Shown one piece after another: positions 37,878 to 47,199 of a stretch of DNA of 64,000 nucleotides (within the stretch, counting starts at the first letter, position 1; the number at the start of each line of letters is the position of its first letter). The DNA is taken from the IMG/VR virus record IMGVR_UViG_3300028577_000006. One strand, written 5' to 3'. The position numbers and the translations under genes are program-made. This DNA is from a virus. Lineage: Duplodnaviria; Heunggongvirae; Uroviricota; Caudoviricetes. The notes under the pieces were generated by a model. That model saw only the letters and a program-made list of their open reading frames with translations, was not told the DNA's origin and searched no databases.

Positions 37878-38243
37878 ATGGAATCGTCGCAGATGCCGCT
37901 TCTGTTCTTGCCGCTTCTGTTCTTGTTGCTCATTTCCGTAGGGCTTTGGTTCGCGAGCATGAACAACCTCATCGAAGCTCGCTATCAGCGCCGCCGCGCT
38001 CGAATCGAGATCGACTATGTTCGCAGGGGCAAGCAGAGCGAGAAGAAGCTCAAGCAGATCGCAGACGAGGCATGGGAGAAGCTTCAGGCAGAAGCCAAGG
38101 CGCTCGACGAGCGCCAGCGCTCCAGACACGAGAAGTTCTGGAGTGAGTTTGCTGCCGCGTATGGGAAAGCAACCGGGCAGACCTTTCCACGACAACCGCC
38201 GGAGATCTTCGTGTCAAAGATTCCCCCAAAGGGGTCAGCGTGA
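37878..38243 (+). CDS. Membrane-anchored coiled-coil protein
   Basis: N-terminal TM. Confidence 0.6.
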   Translation: MESSQMPLLFLPLLFLLLISVGLWFASMNNLIEARYQRRRARIEIDYVRRGKQSEKKLKQIADEAWEKLQAEAKALDERQRSRHEKFWSEFAAAYGKATGQTFPRQPPEIFVSKIPPKGSA

Positions 38244-38461
38244 GCGAGCGAAAGAAGCTCGCCGAGCAGATCGTGGATGCGCTCGAAGCAGACATCAACG
38301 ACCGGAGCGGCATGGATCTCGCGCAGTTCGACGACGAGGTTCGTGCCGAGATCCGCGAAGCGTGGGTCTCTCTCGTGGTCAAGCAGCTAGGCAAGTGCCC
38401 CGAGTGCAAGCGCGCGAAGCTGGGGCAGCCCAAGTGCGACATCTGCGACAACGACGAATGA
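38240..38461 (+). CDS. Hypothetical protein
   Basis: CPEC...CDIC. Confidence 0.55.
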   Translation: MSERKKLAEQIVDALEADINDRSGMDLAQFDDEVRAEIREAWVSLVVKQLGKCPECKRAKLGQPKCDICDNDE

Positions 38462-38829
38462 CGCCCGAGCGCCTCGCGATCGGAATCGTGTTGAACGCCG
38501 CCGAGCAAGCGTTGGTGGCAGACAGGCTGCCGACGGGCTTCATCCAGCACATCGCGAACCTGGCGAGGTACTGGGAACGCCTCACACGATGCCCATCGTT
38601 CACGAATGCACCGGCAGAGGTGCAAGCGCAGTACGACTACGGAGCGCCATCGTGCAACGGGCTGCGCGTCCGAGGCTCCGGCGGACACCGCATGCACGCG
38701 GGCTGTGGTCGCCCGGCCACGTGGTGGCACCCAGACGATTGTTTTTCGTACTGCGACGAGCACTGTCCCGAGGGCGACAAGATCTGGTACTTGAGGGACT
38801 GGTCAGACACCTGGGAGAAGCTCAAATGA
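38458..38829 (+). CDS. Hypothetical Cys/His protein
   Basis: CGRPATW...YCDEHC. Confidence 0.55.
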   Translation: MTPERLAIGIVLNAAEQALVADRLPTGFIQHIANLARYWERLTRCPSFTNAPAEVQAQYDYGAPSCNGLRVRGSGGHRMHAGCGRPATWWHPDDCFSYCDEHCPEGDKIWYLRDWSDTWEKLK

Positions 38830-39086
38830 CCTTGATGCATGTGCCGAGCGAGGAGGAGAAGCTCGCATTCGAAGTTGCCGACGCTGCGCACGCAGAGTCT
38901 GTGCGTCTCGATTTTCTGGTGGAGGCTTCCCAGAATCTTCTGGTGGCACTTCATGCAGACGAGGTGCGGGATCCGGGCGACGCCGACACCGAGCGCCTGT
39001 GCGCTGTGCGCGTGCACCACTGCCGCGAGGCGCTCCACGAGATGCTCGTCCACATCAAGGATTCCAGAGCAAAAGCACGCTCCTGA
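38826..39086 (+). CDS. Hypothetical protein
   Basis: ATGA coupling. Confidence 0.5.
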   Translation: MTLMHVPSEEEKLAFEVADAAHAESVRLDFLVEASQNLLVALHADEVRDPGDADTERLCAVRVHHCREALHEMLVHIKDSRAKARS

Positions 39087-39129
39087 GCCCGCCTGGGACG
39101 CGCCCGCCACGCGTGATACGCTTGTGGGC

Positions 39130-39693
39130 ATGGATGCCGTCTCGTCGGGGAAAGATTTCACCTGGTTCTTCTCGCAGGGCTGGTCCACGATCGTCGTGGC
39201 GTTGGTCATCTACGGCGGAGGCCTGACGGCTGAACAGATCGTCTTGGCGCTTTGGCCGCAGACCAGCGATTTGGTTTCGGGCAAGACGAAGGTCATGGAC
39301 CCGAAGCTGCCTGTCCTGTTCCGGCTGTGGTGGTTGACGCGTCTCGCACATCCGTTTCTGGTCGGCGCCGCGATCAGCTTCGTTCCTGGCTTGCCGGCAC
39401 CCGACTTCGTCACGAGTCACACGTCGGGCGCTCTGTGGTTTGGATTTTCTGGCATGCTCAATGGGCAACTGCATCAGATCGCCGAGGCTGTCGCGAATCA
39501 GACACGGAAGGTGATCGAGCTGGCGGTGCCGTGGGCCCGCAGCAAGATCGGTCTGCCGGCCGCATCAGCAACGGTGCCGCCTCCGGCAGCTTCGATCGCT
39601 CACGACCCAAATCCGTCCACGTCGACCGCGCTTCCTGCTGAAGACGAAGAGCGGACGCATTCAGATCCACCGCCTCCGCCGGAGGCCGCGTGA
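39130..39693 (+). CDS. Multi-pass membrane protein (holin-like candidate), probably leaderless
   Basis: About three hydrophobic segments and a Pro-rich tail; TGA-TACGCT lies 7 nt before the ATG. Confidence 0.5.
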   Translation: MDAVSSGKDFTWFFSQGWSTIVVALVIYGGGLTAEQIVLALWPQTSDLVSGKTKVMDPKLPVLFRLWWLTRLAHPFLVGAAISFVPGLPAPDFVTSHTSGALWFGFSGMLNGQLHQIAEAVANQTRKVIELAVPWARSKIGLPAASATVPPPAASIAHDPNPSTSTALPAEDEERTHSDPPPPPEAA

Positions 39694-40049
39694 CGTTCAC
39701 GCGTACGCAGCTGATCTTGGGAGCGCTTGCTCTGGTCGGCGTCATTGCGATCGTCTTCTTCACCGGTCGTGGGTGCAGTCGCGGTACGCCTGTGGGACCC
39801 GATCCGATCATCCAGGGCATCGACGCCGGCCCGGGTGAGCAGCAGATCGCCGCGCAGGAAGACGCCGCCGTGCAGGCGCAGGAAGCGCACATGCAGGAAA
39901 TCGAGCACAAGTTCGATTCGGACATGGCGCAGTTTGACGAGCAGCAACGTGCCCAGTACCAGCAGCTTCGCGACAGCAGCCTCGAAGACGCCGCATCGTT
40001 TCTGAGCGAGTGGGCCCGCACCCACCGTGACGCGGGAGCCGGTGCATGA
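39690..40049 (+). CDS. N-anchored coiled-coil membrane protein (i-spanin-like candidate)
   Basis: N-terminal TM followed by a Q/E-rich helix. Confidence 0.5.
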   Translation: MTFTRTQLILGALALVGVIAIVFFTGRGCSRGTPVGPDPIIQGIDAGPGEQQIAAQEDAAVQAQEAHMQEIEHKFDSDMAQFDEQQRAQYQQLRDSSLEDAASFLSEWARTHRDAGAGA

Positions 40050-40249
40050 CGCGAACGACCGAAGAGGACCGCGTCGGCGATCTGTGGCTCAATCATGACG
40101 TCGATGACGATCGGCAGCTTACCGTGACCGGCAAGTTCAACGATTGGTGCCTAGAGATGACGCCCGCGCCCGGGGACACGCTCGTCGGCGTGTACCCGCT
40201 GTGGTACCTGGAAGAGCACGGATGGAAACGCGCGCCGAGGTCAGCATGA
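40046..40249 (+). CDS. Hypothetical protein
   Basis: Coupled ORF. Confidence 0.5.
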   Translation: MTRTTEEDRVGDLWLNHDVDDDRQLTVTGKFNDWCLEMTPAPGDTLVGVYPLWYLEEHGWKRAPRSA

Positions 40250-40644
40250 CGGAAGAGCAGCGCCGCCGAGACTGGGAACGTCAGAGCCCGCTTCGAGCGG
40301 GCCGTCTCATCGCACGCTCGCCGAATGGATGGAACGTCTTCGACACGAACGAGCCGGAAGGGTGGTTCAACCGCACCGTGCGCGCGGTGCTCGTTGCCGG
40401 CGAGCAGCCGTACCGCGGCCCGGCGAAGGACATCGTTCTTCAGACGGTGACGACGCAGTTCAGCAGCCCAGATGAATGCTTCGACGGGCCGACCGTCGGC
40501 CGTCGTCACCAGCCGTACGTCGGTGACCTGACGACAGCGGACACGAACGAGCGTGTGATGCGTTGTGAGAAGTGCGGCGCGCTCATGCGTACCGTATGGA
40601 AGGAACAACCTTCTGCTTGGCATGTCGCTGCCGGTGTTCGGTGA
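40246..40644 (+). CDS. Hypothetical protein
   Basis: Coupled ORF. Confidence 0.55.
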   Translation: MTEEQRRRDWERQSPLRAGRLIARSPNGWNVFDTNEPEGWFNRTVRAVLVAGEQPYRGPAKDIVLQTVTTQFSSPDECFDGPTVGRRHQPYVGDLTTADTNERVMRCEKCGALMRTVWKEQPSAWHVAAGVR

Positions 40645-40853
40645 GCGATCTCGTTGGCAGAAGCGGTCGCGACGCTGCGCACAGGGCGCACTACGCTCGC
40701 TGGTGTTCCAGTGCGACCCATCTGATCTTGCCGGCCGAGGTCACGCACACCGTGACGCACCAAGGTGTCAGCTTCCGGGCGTGTACCACGTGCGCTGAGC
40801 GATGGCGCGACGGCGAAGGCAAGGCGAAGATCAAGCCACTCGTGGAGGTCTGA
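40641..40853 (+). CDS. Hypothetical protein
   Basis: Coupled ORF. Confidence 0.45.
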   Translation: MSDLVGRSGRDAAHRAHYARWCSSATHLILPAEVTHTVTHQGVSFRACTTCAERWRDGEGKAKIKPLVEV

Positions 40854-41083
40854 TGGCTACCAAGCGTTTCCGCGAGGGGCAGCCTGTCGAAGTCCACGTC
40901 CCGGACATCGACGCTGTTCGCGGAGTGAGCCCGCATTGGGTTGAAGCGACGTACGTCGAGATCACGATGAGTGGCTTCGTCCGCGTGCAGATGGAAGGTC
41001 GCAAGCCAGGCACGAAGGTCTTTCGCGCGTTCTCTCCGGAGGATGTACGCTTGCCGCTCCCGAAGACGGAGAACGATAGATGA
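40853..41083 (+). CDS. Small SH3/Tudor-like protein
   Basis: FREGQPVEV...WVEAT pattern. Confidence 0.5.
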   Translation: MATKRFREGQPVEVHVPDIDAVRGVSPHWVEATYVEITMSGFVRVQMEGRKPGTKVFRAFSPEDVRLPLPKTENDR

Positions 41084-41589
41084 CGCGCCTTCTTGCCACC
41101 GTGCTCGCCTTCTCCATCGCGCTGTTGCCTGCACGCGCGAACGCTCAGGACACCGCGCCGCCCACCGCAGCGCCTTCGGCAGCCTTCCAGCTGCCAGACG
41201 TCGGCGACTTCTTGCCGCTGCACCGCGGCACGGCGGCGCCGCGCGACGGCCTGCTCGTTGACCAGGCCGAGATGCTTTCGATCGTGCAGGGCTACGATCG
41301 GCTTCAGCATCTTCTGGACGCCACGGTCACGCGTGACGGCGAGTCGTGCGACGTGCGTGTCGCAATCGAGCACGCGCACACGTTGGCGTCGGAGGAGCGT
41401 GTTTCGTTGCGCGACTCGCTCTGGACGGAACGGCAGGCGGAGCTTGTGGCGCAGATCCAGGCCGTGCAGGTGCAGCTGGTGCAGGCGCAGCGCTCGGCCG
41501 AGCGCCAGTGGTTCGAAAGCCCCGCACTTTGGGGGGTCGTTGGAGCGCTGATCGCGACGGCAGTGTTCCTCGCGGTGACCGTGCGATGA
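41080..41589 (+). CDS. Exported coiled-coil protein with C-terminal TM (spanin-like candidate)
   Basis: Signal peptide ending ANA, coiled coil, C-terminal hydrophobic helix. Confidence 0.55.
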   Translation: MTRLLATVLAFSIALLPARANAQDTAPPTAAPSAAFQLPDVGDFLPLHRGTAAPRDGLLVDQAEMLSIVQGYDRLQHLLDATVTRDGESCDVRVAIEHAHTLASEERVSLRDSLWTERQAELVAQIQAVQVQLVQAQRSAERQWFESPALWGVVGALIATAVFLAVTVR

Positions 41590-41813
41590 CAGCGTTCTCG
41601 ATGGCGGGAGATCCGTGGTGCCCGGTTCATGGGCAGCTGCTCTGCCGCTGCACACCATACTCCGTGCCGTGGGCCGTGCGCCCGTTCGAGCGCGACGGTG
41701 CGATCTACGAGACGCTCGGCAAGCAGTGGAAGCCGCCACCTCCGCCGCTCGCGGACAATCGCAAACGTCGCCGTGCTCGGACGGCGCTTGCACGACGCAG
41801 GATGGCCACGTGA
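41586..41813 (+). CDS. Hypothetical protein
   Basis: CPVHG; coupled ORF. Confidence 0.45.
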   Translation: MTAFSMAGDPWCPVHGQLLCRCTPYSVPWAVRPFERDGAIYETLGKQWKPPPPPLADNRKRRRARTALARRRMAT

Positions 41814-41854
41814 CGTCTTGACCCGAGCACCGTTGTCGCACTACTGTCTGACAC

Positions 41855-42139
41855 ATGGCTGGCGCACGACGAAAGCGTACCGACGAAGAGCAGAAGATCT
41901 ACGACGAGATCGAAGCGATCAAGCGTGCCCGAACGGACAAGGCCGCCGAGATCACCAAGCACCTCGATGCCATGTGGCTCGTGCCGCCGACCAACGTGAC
42001 CGACGTCGTGCTCGGCGGCTACGCACGTCACGCGCTCACTGCTCGCCATGAGCTGGATGCGCTCACCGCGCGCCTCGAAGCGCTCATGGCGCACTATCAG
42101 GCGCTTCGGGCTCGGCCGACCGAAGACGTTCCGCTGTGA
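41855..42139 (+). CDS. Hypothetical protein, probably leaderless
   Basis: TTGACC-N18-TACTGT-N7-ATG, with TGTCTGACA over the start region. Confidence 0.6.
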   Translation: MAGARRKRTDEEQKIYDEIEAIKRARTDKAAEITKHLDAMWLVPPTNVTDVVLGGYARHALTARHELDALTARLEALMAHYQALRARPTEDVPL

Positions 42140-42474
42140 AGAAGCGTGTGAGCAGGCCGCGCAGCCGCGCGGACTGGCTGATGCCGTACGCGGAGCGGTA
42201 CATCTCGCTCGTGATCGAGCGGCGGTGGCGCGGGCAGCGATTGCACCCGCGCGATCTGTCGAAGCTCGATGCGGACATCGAAACGGCGCTCGTCGACTAC
42301 GAGGCCGCGTGGGCGCGCGAGGCGCGTATCGAAGCCCAGGCGGCCGAGGAGCCGGTTGCGAAGAAGCGTCGCACGCGTGTGTTGCTGCGTCCGCTGCCGG
42401 AGCCAGCTGGTCGTCAGCGGCCAGATCCGAAGCATCCGTGGAACCAGCGTGCCGTGATGCCGAAGAAGGCCTAG
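42136..42474 (+). CDS. Hypothetical protein
   Basis: GTGA coupling. Confidence 0.5.
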   Translation: MKKRVSRPRSRADWLMPYAERYISLVIERRWRGQRLHPRDLSKLDADIETALVDYEAAWAREARIEAQAAEEPVAKKRRTRVLLRPLPEPAGRQRPDPKHPWNQRAVMPKKA

Positions 42475-43167
42475 TCAGCGATTCTTGTCCGCGAGGTCAC
42501 GTGACCTGCATCGTTCACAATCGTTGGCAGGCTCGCTCGGATGCCAGTTGCAGGCCTGGCGTTTCTTTTCCTTTTGTGCCGCCTCGTACTCACGCAGGTA
42601 CTTTCGGCGCTCACGTGCTTCACGTCGTACTCCGGGGTACGACTCCTGGCGCTTCTTGATCTTCTTCAACACGTCGATGAGTCCATCGACATGGTTGGGG
42701 TACAGGAAAAACGGCACCGGCTTGTCGCCGGAGCACTGCGCCACGTAGTAGACCGTCGTGCCCATCCAGTACGGCTCTGTCTTGCTCTGGTCCTTGAACG
42801 GATCTGGCGGATGCTTCGGATCTTCGTTGGTGAGGAATACGAGCGAGCTACTGGAGAAGTGCGAGTCGTCGACCCGGGCGACCATGATCCGGTCTGGATG
42901 CTTTTTCTCCCACCTCTCGGCGGCGAGCATCATGTCGTATCCGGTGAGGCCACGCGTCTTGTCAGCGAATGCGCGCCCGAGCGTGTGCAGGTTGTCGCGC
43001 GCCCGAGCGTGCTGCTTGTAGTTCTTCCTCTCGGCAGAGGTGAGCGCCCGCTCTCGCTGTTCGTCGCATCGCCCACAGTACTCGTGAACCTTCTTGCTGC
43101 TGAACGAAGAGATCTTCCAGAGGTGTCCGCGTTTTGGGCAGAGAGCTTTGTTGAGCTTACGCGGCAT
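42475..43167 (-). CDS. Hypothetical basic protein
   Basis: Long ORF with Cys/His pairs. Confidence 0.65.
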   Translation of the reverse strand: MPRKLNKALCPKRGHLWKISSFSSKKVHEYCGRCDEQRERALTSAERKNYKQHARARDNLHTLGRAFADKTRGLTGYDMMLAAERWEKKHPDRIMVARVDDSHFSSSSLVFLTNEDPKHPPDPFKDQSKTEPYWMGTTVYYVAQCSGDKPVPFFLYPNHVDGLIDVLKKIKKRQESYPGVRREARERRKYLREYEAAQKEKKRQACNWHPSEPANDCERCRSRDLADKNR

Positions 43168-43703
43168 CACTTCACCGCGTTGCGCTTGGTGCGCGCGTCA
43201 GAGGTTTCGGCGAATGTGGGGCGGATGCCGCGCCGAAGGTCGGCGACCACGACCCGCGAGAGTCCGGCGCGCTCACGTTCGATTGCGCGATCGAAGGCAG
43301 CGAGTACTTCCGCGTGACCCATGTCGTTGAGACCCGTCCATCCTGGATGTCCAAGCGCCATTGCCTCGTAGAGCAGATATTCGGATGCTGCGATCGTCGC
43401 CGGATGGTTCATGAACGACGTTGCGCGCGGCTCGGGCGCTTCGGGTCCCATTGTCCCGACGTAGTAGACGCCGTCGAGTGCGCAGAAGCGATATGCTTCA
43501 GGATCGGCGTAGTGGCATCCGATGCCGTCAGCCGTGACCGAAGAGAACTGGATGGTACCGAATCCGGGCTTCGTGCCGCCCAGCGTCCACCGGTCTGGGT
43601 CGGACAGAAGCTTTTTAGCGTTGCGGAGGATGTCACCAGGGATGCTCACGTCTTCCTCGTTCATGCCATCGTCCGTTCCCATGCTTATCCGGTTTTCACC
43701 CAT
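43167..43703 (-). CDS. Hypothetical phage-type protein
   Basis: L..A..LL.DP.RWT.G...FCA...ND..H.EVLAAFDRAI pattern. Confidence 0.6.
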   Translation of the reverse strand: MGENRISMGTDDGMNEEDVSIPGDILRNAKKLLSDPDRWTLGGTKPGFGTIQFSSVTADGIGCHYADPEAYRFCALDGVYYVGTMGPEAPEPRATSFMNHPATIAASEYLLYEAMALGHPGWTGLNDMGHAEVLAAFDRAIERERAGLSRVVVADLRRGIRPTFAETSDARTKRNAVK

Positions 43704-43705
43704 GA

Positions 43706-44144
43706 CTATACCCAGTTAGCTAGGACGCGCAGCGCATCTCTATGCGCGTCCTCGGCGGCTTGCACACGGCGTTCTATCTCTGCGATTTCAGCCAGCAACA
43801 GAGGTCGCCGCACGTCTCTCTCACGGCGTGCTTTCGTGAGTGTGTCGGCCGTTTTCGCCGCTTTGAAGTTCTGCGCCACGAGTTCTACCTTCTGTAATGG
43901 TTGGGTGAGAACCTGATAAGCAAGGTCCGTTCGTCTCGAAGTACTCGCGCCAGGTGCACATCGGCTTCTCTTCGGCTGCGCGGATCTCGGCGAGGCGAGC
44001 GCGCCGTTCGTTGCGGTACGCCTCTCGTTGTTCTTCAGGCAGCGCCGCGATCAGTGCGGCGATGCTCGGGGCACCAGCAAGCTCGTGGTCGCCGAACTCG
44101 TCGAGATCAGCTTGGCTCGCGCGCTTGTCCGGATTCTTCGCCAT
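43706..44144 (-). pseudogene. Possibly frameshifted single gene (ORF 43821-44144 plus a protein-like alternate frame ending at 43706)
   Basis: Frame switch near 43930; alternatively two overlapping small genes. Confidence 0.35.
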
Positions 44145-44262
44145 GCCGCTTCTCCTTCTTCGCCTCCTTTTCGGAAAGCTCGCTGATGCGCTCGCCCCAC
44201 TTGCGGTACGAGCGACCTTTCCAGGCGCGCTTCTCCGGGTTGTACTTCTTGCGCCGCGCCAT
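44107..44262 (-). CDS. Small basic protein
   Basis: MARRKKYNPEKRAW. Confidence 0.45.
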   Translation of the reverse strand: MARRKKYNPEKRAWKGRSYRKWGERISELSEKEAKKEKRHGEESGQAREPS

Positions 44263-44267
44263 CGTGT

Positions 44268-44684
44268 TTACTCGACCGGGGCCTTCGACGTCTTGACGGC
44301 GTCGGCCTGGACGACCTCGGTGCCCTCCGGCGGCCGACACGCGCGCAGGGCCATCGTCACGACTTCATGCGACGGTTTGCCGATCGCCTGATCGCGGATC
44401 TGATCGACCGCCGCGCGCGCCTGCTTTTTGTCGTAGCCGAGGTGCACCAGCGTCTGCTCCGTCGTGCGAAGCTGGGTGTCGCGTTCATCCACCGCGCACT
44501 GATCGGTGACCTCGACGGCGATGCGCGTCGGGATCTTGCGATCCCGCGCCGGATGCGCGAGCGCCACGAGGGCTCGCCTGCCGATTGCCGCCACGCCGTC
44601 GAAGATCTCGTCGAGCGGCAGGCTCAGACTGATGAACTTGTTGATGTGGATGTGAGCGCGGCTGCGGAGCTTCGGCGTGGCCAT
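44268..44684 (-). CDS. Protein with a RuvA domain-III-like C-terminal helical bundle
   Basis: TLVHLGYDKKQARAAVDQI...EVVTMALR. Confidence 0.55.
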   Translation of the reverse strand: MATPKLRSRAHIHINKFISLSLPLDEIFDGVAAIGRRALVALAHPARDRKIPTRIAVEVTDQCAVDERDTQLRTTEQTLVHLGYDKKQARAAVDQIRDQAIGKPSHEVVTMALRACRPPEGTEVVQADAVKTSKAPVE

Positions 44685-44724
44685 AGTGTGTCGTATGCTA
44701 GCAGAGGTTGCGGTTGAGGTCGCC

Positions 44725-45141
44725 CTAGAACTTGAACGCGTCGCGCATCTCGTTGACGAAGTCGGAGGGGAAGACGTCTTCTTCACCGTAGCCGCCGGCC
44801 ACCTGGTTAAACACGCGCCACGCCATGTTGTTGAACGTGTGCGTCGAGCCGCGCGCTTGCATCTCGCTACACGCGGCCAGGCCGCCGATCCAGTAGAGCG
44901 GCGTGCCGTCGCAGTCGCGCCCGCAGTGCAGGATGAAGGCGACGTGTGACGCGCATTGGTCATCATGCACGTGATCGATCGTGCCAGGCGGATCGTCTTC
45001 GCCGTCGCAGGTGTACACGCGTACCTCTTGTCCTTCCTGAAGACGATGCTGCTTCTCCAGGTTGTTCTGGCGAATCGTCTTGCCGTTGGCCTCGACGAGG
45101 CTGTGGGCCAGGACGATATCGATCTGCGGCTTGTCGCTCAT
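44725..45141 (-). CDS. Hypothetical phage-type protein
   Basis: GKTIRQNNL...H; RDCDGTPLY. Confidence 0.6.
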   Translation of the reverse strand: MSDKPQIDIVLAHSLVEANGKTIRQNNLEKQHRLQEGQEVRVYTCDGEDDPPGTIDHVHDDQCASHVAFILHCGRDCDGTPLYWIGGLAACSEMQARGSTHTFNNMAWRVFNQVAGGYGEEDVFPSDFVNEMRDAFKF

Positions 45142-45416
45142 TGGCCTGCCTTCTCCATCTTTCGGATCACGGCGACGAAGTACATGTAGCTCGTCTTTTC
45201 TCCGAACATCTCCATCAGCGTCGCGAGCGCCGCCGTCATCTTCGGCGCGCATGACGGGCAGACGTATTCCATGGTGAGCCCGTTCGCCTGGTTCATCACG
45301 CAGGTGTAGCCGGCGTCTTGGACCGCGACGTGTGGGTTCGAGCGTGACGCCATGATCGGAGGCGTAGAGCATCCGATCACGGGGCACTTCACCGCCCGCA
45401 CTTCGTCGTCGCTCAT
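45138..45416 (-). CDS. Zinc-ribbon protein
   Basis: CPVIGC...CPSC. Confidence 0.55.
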   Translation of the reverse strand: MSDDEVRAVKCPVIGCSTPPIMASRSNPHVAVQDAGYTCVMNQANGLTMEYVCPSCAPKMTAALATLMEMFGEKTSYMYFVAVIRKMEKAGQ

Positions 45417-45766
45417 CGGGCGAACGCCGGGTTGTGCTTCTGCATGTACTCGCCCCGCGCCTCTTTGGCGTCCTTCTCGGACTCGACCGCGAGCTTGCGG
45501 TAGAGGTTCGCCTCGGCGTCCTTGCCGGCGGCGAAGGCTTCGCCAGAGCGTTGGCGCCAGATTTTCGCCTGATCTTCCTTCTCGACGACTTGCCCGAGCT
45601 GGAAGCCCTTGTTGCGGTCAGCTTCGAGAGGGTCAGGCGCGTCTTCGACGTCACCATGGCTCATCGAGGCGCAGTTGTGGTAGCCGACGATGCACGCGAT
45701 GTTCGTGCAGCCGCGATCGCCGTGATCCCGCTCGCACACCGAGCAGTTGTACTTGCCCTTGCTCAC
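45413..45766 (-). CDS. Hypothetical protein
   Basis: AAGGAG RBS; Cys cluster. Confidence 0.55.
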   Translation of the reverse strand: MSKGKYNCSVCERDHGDRGCTNIACIVGYHNCASMSHGDVEDAPDPLEADRNKGFQLGQVVEKEDQAKIWRQRSGEAFAAGKDAEANLYRKLAVESEKDAKEARGEYMQKHNPAFAR

Positions 45767-45936
45767 AGCGTCTCCTTTGTTCGCTTGGCCGCCAGTGTTC
45801 GCAGCTGCTCCGATCGTTCGTAGAGCTTCTCGCAAGAGTGGCAAAACGAGTGCCCGCCGCTTCGCTCGATGCAACCGCACTTGCCCGCTTTGGCATCGAG
45901 CGCATCGGCTCGTTCGAACAGCGACATCGGTTTCAT
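45763..45936 (-). CDS. Small Cys-rich protein
   Basis: Coupled ORF. Confidence 0.5.
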   Translation of the reverse strand: MKPMSLFERADALDAKAGKCGCIERSGGHSFCHSCEKLYERSEQLRTLAAKRTKETL

Positions 45937-46394
45937 GTCGTCTCCATTGCGCGCTTGATGATGGCGTCGAGATCGAGGCCCTGGAGCTGCCGCGCGTCTG
46001 GGATGTCCGGAAGGTTGCGGAACGGGGCATGCGGTCCGCCGATGGCGACCATGACGCTGGTCCCGAGATGGCTGCATTCGATCGCACGCTCATCCATCGC
46101 ACGGCGCCTCTCGTTGTCGTTCCGCGATTCGGCGGCGCGGGCGAGGCTGTGGCACGACCTCATGCGCCGCTCGATCTGGTCGAGCGCCCGCGATGCGCAT
46201 GCTTCGCGAACGGCCTCTGCGATGCGCCGCGCGTTACCATCACCGAGAGCTTCGATCTCGGCCGTGATGGCGCGGAGAACACGCGCGGCATGCTCGTGTT
46301 TGACGTGCTCCCCGCCAACGCGCTGCGCTGCTTCTTGCGCCGACTGCGTCTCTTGCTTCGCCGCGTCTCGGATAATCTTTGCTACTGACGTCAT
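45933..46394 (-). CDS. Hypothetical protein
   Basis: Coupled ORF. Confidence 0.55.
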   Translation of the reverse strand: MTSVAKIIRDAAKQETQSAQEAAQRVGGEHVKHEHAARVLRAITAEIEALGDGNARRIAEAVREACASRALDQIERRMRSCHSLARAAESRNDNERRRAMDERAIECSHLGTSVMVAIGGPHAPFRNLPDIPDARQLQGLDLDAIIKRAMETT

Positions 46395-46621
46395 CGCTCT
46401 CTCCGGTGTCGCTCACCTTGCTTCTTGAACGGGAACGCATCGCATCCGACGCAGTTGATCATCTCGCCGTGTTCGTCCGTGTACTGCGCGTGTCCCTCGC
46501 ATACGTTGCACGGGTTGCAGTCGCAGATGTCGCAGTTGTCGATGTCACCGGTGGTGACACACGTACACCACTCGGCGTGCATGAAGCCGCCGCAGTCGAC
46601 GCGACTGTCTTCTTTGCTCAT
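46391..46621 (-). CDS. Cys-rich small protein
   Basis: About ten Cys residues. Confidence 0.5.
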   Translation of the reverse strand: MSKEDSRVDCGGFMHAEWCTCVTTGDIDNCDICDCNPCNVCEGHAQYTDEHGEMINCVGCDAFPFKKQGERHRRER

Positions 46622-47199
46622 CGCGCTCGCGGCTTCCAACCGAGTGCTCGCGCGGTAGCGATGATTGCTTCGGCGAGCGTGGGCGCGATCTCACGGGAGA
46701 TCATCCACGTGCTCTGGCCGCGCGGCGCCTTCTTGAGCAGCGCGACGAGCTTCTCCGGTTCCAGGAACGCGCATGCATCGTCCAGTTCGCTCGTCTGCGT
46801 CGCCGTGCCTTCCTCACGAGCGGCGTTGATGGCGTCTGATGCGTTGTCGATCATCGCGAGCCGGTCTGCGTTCATGTTGGCGATGCCCTCCGCTCGGCCT
46901 TTCTCGCGAGCACGGTGAATGATGCCGCCGACACGCGCCGACAGTGGATTCTCTTCGTGCTCGACAGCGAGATCATCCGCGGTTGCTCGCCCGCGAGACC
47001 ACGCGTATCGAAGCTGGTCGTACACGTACGAGTACACCTCTCGCTCTTCGTCCTCGGCGGCATCCATCGCACAGGCGGCGCGCTGCGCTAGCTGCCGGAG
47101 GAACTCTTCGACTTCTGCGCGACCAGCGCGCCGACCTTCCTCGCGAGCGGCGGCGATGGCAACCAAGACTCGCTCTCGCTCCGCTCTGTTCTCGCTCAT
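46618..47199 (-). CDS. Hypothetical protein with AREEG-type repeats
   Basis: AAREEG / RAREKG repeated three times. Confidence 0.55.
   Translation of the reverse strand: MSENRAERERVLVAIAAAREEGRRAGRAEVEEFLRQLAQRAACAMDAAEDEEREVYSYVYDQLRYAWSRGRATADDLAVEHEENPLSARVGGIIHRAREKGRAEGIANMNADRLAMIDNASDAINAAREEGTATQTSELDDACAFLEPEKLVALLKKAPRGQSTWMISREIAPTLAEAIIATARALGWKPRAR

Noticed and set aside
43722-43752. 10-bp inverted repeat AGGACGCGCA...TGCGCGTCCT as a terminator
   Set aside because: It lies inside a protein-like reading frame (EDAHRDALRVL) and has no U-tract.
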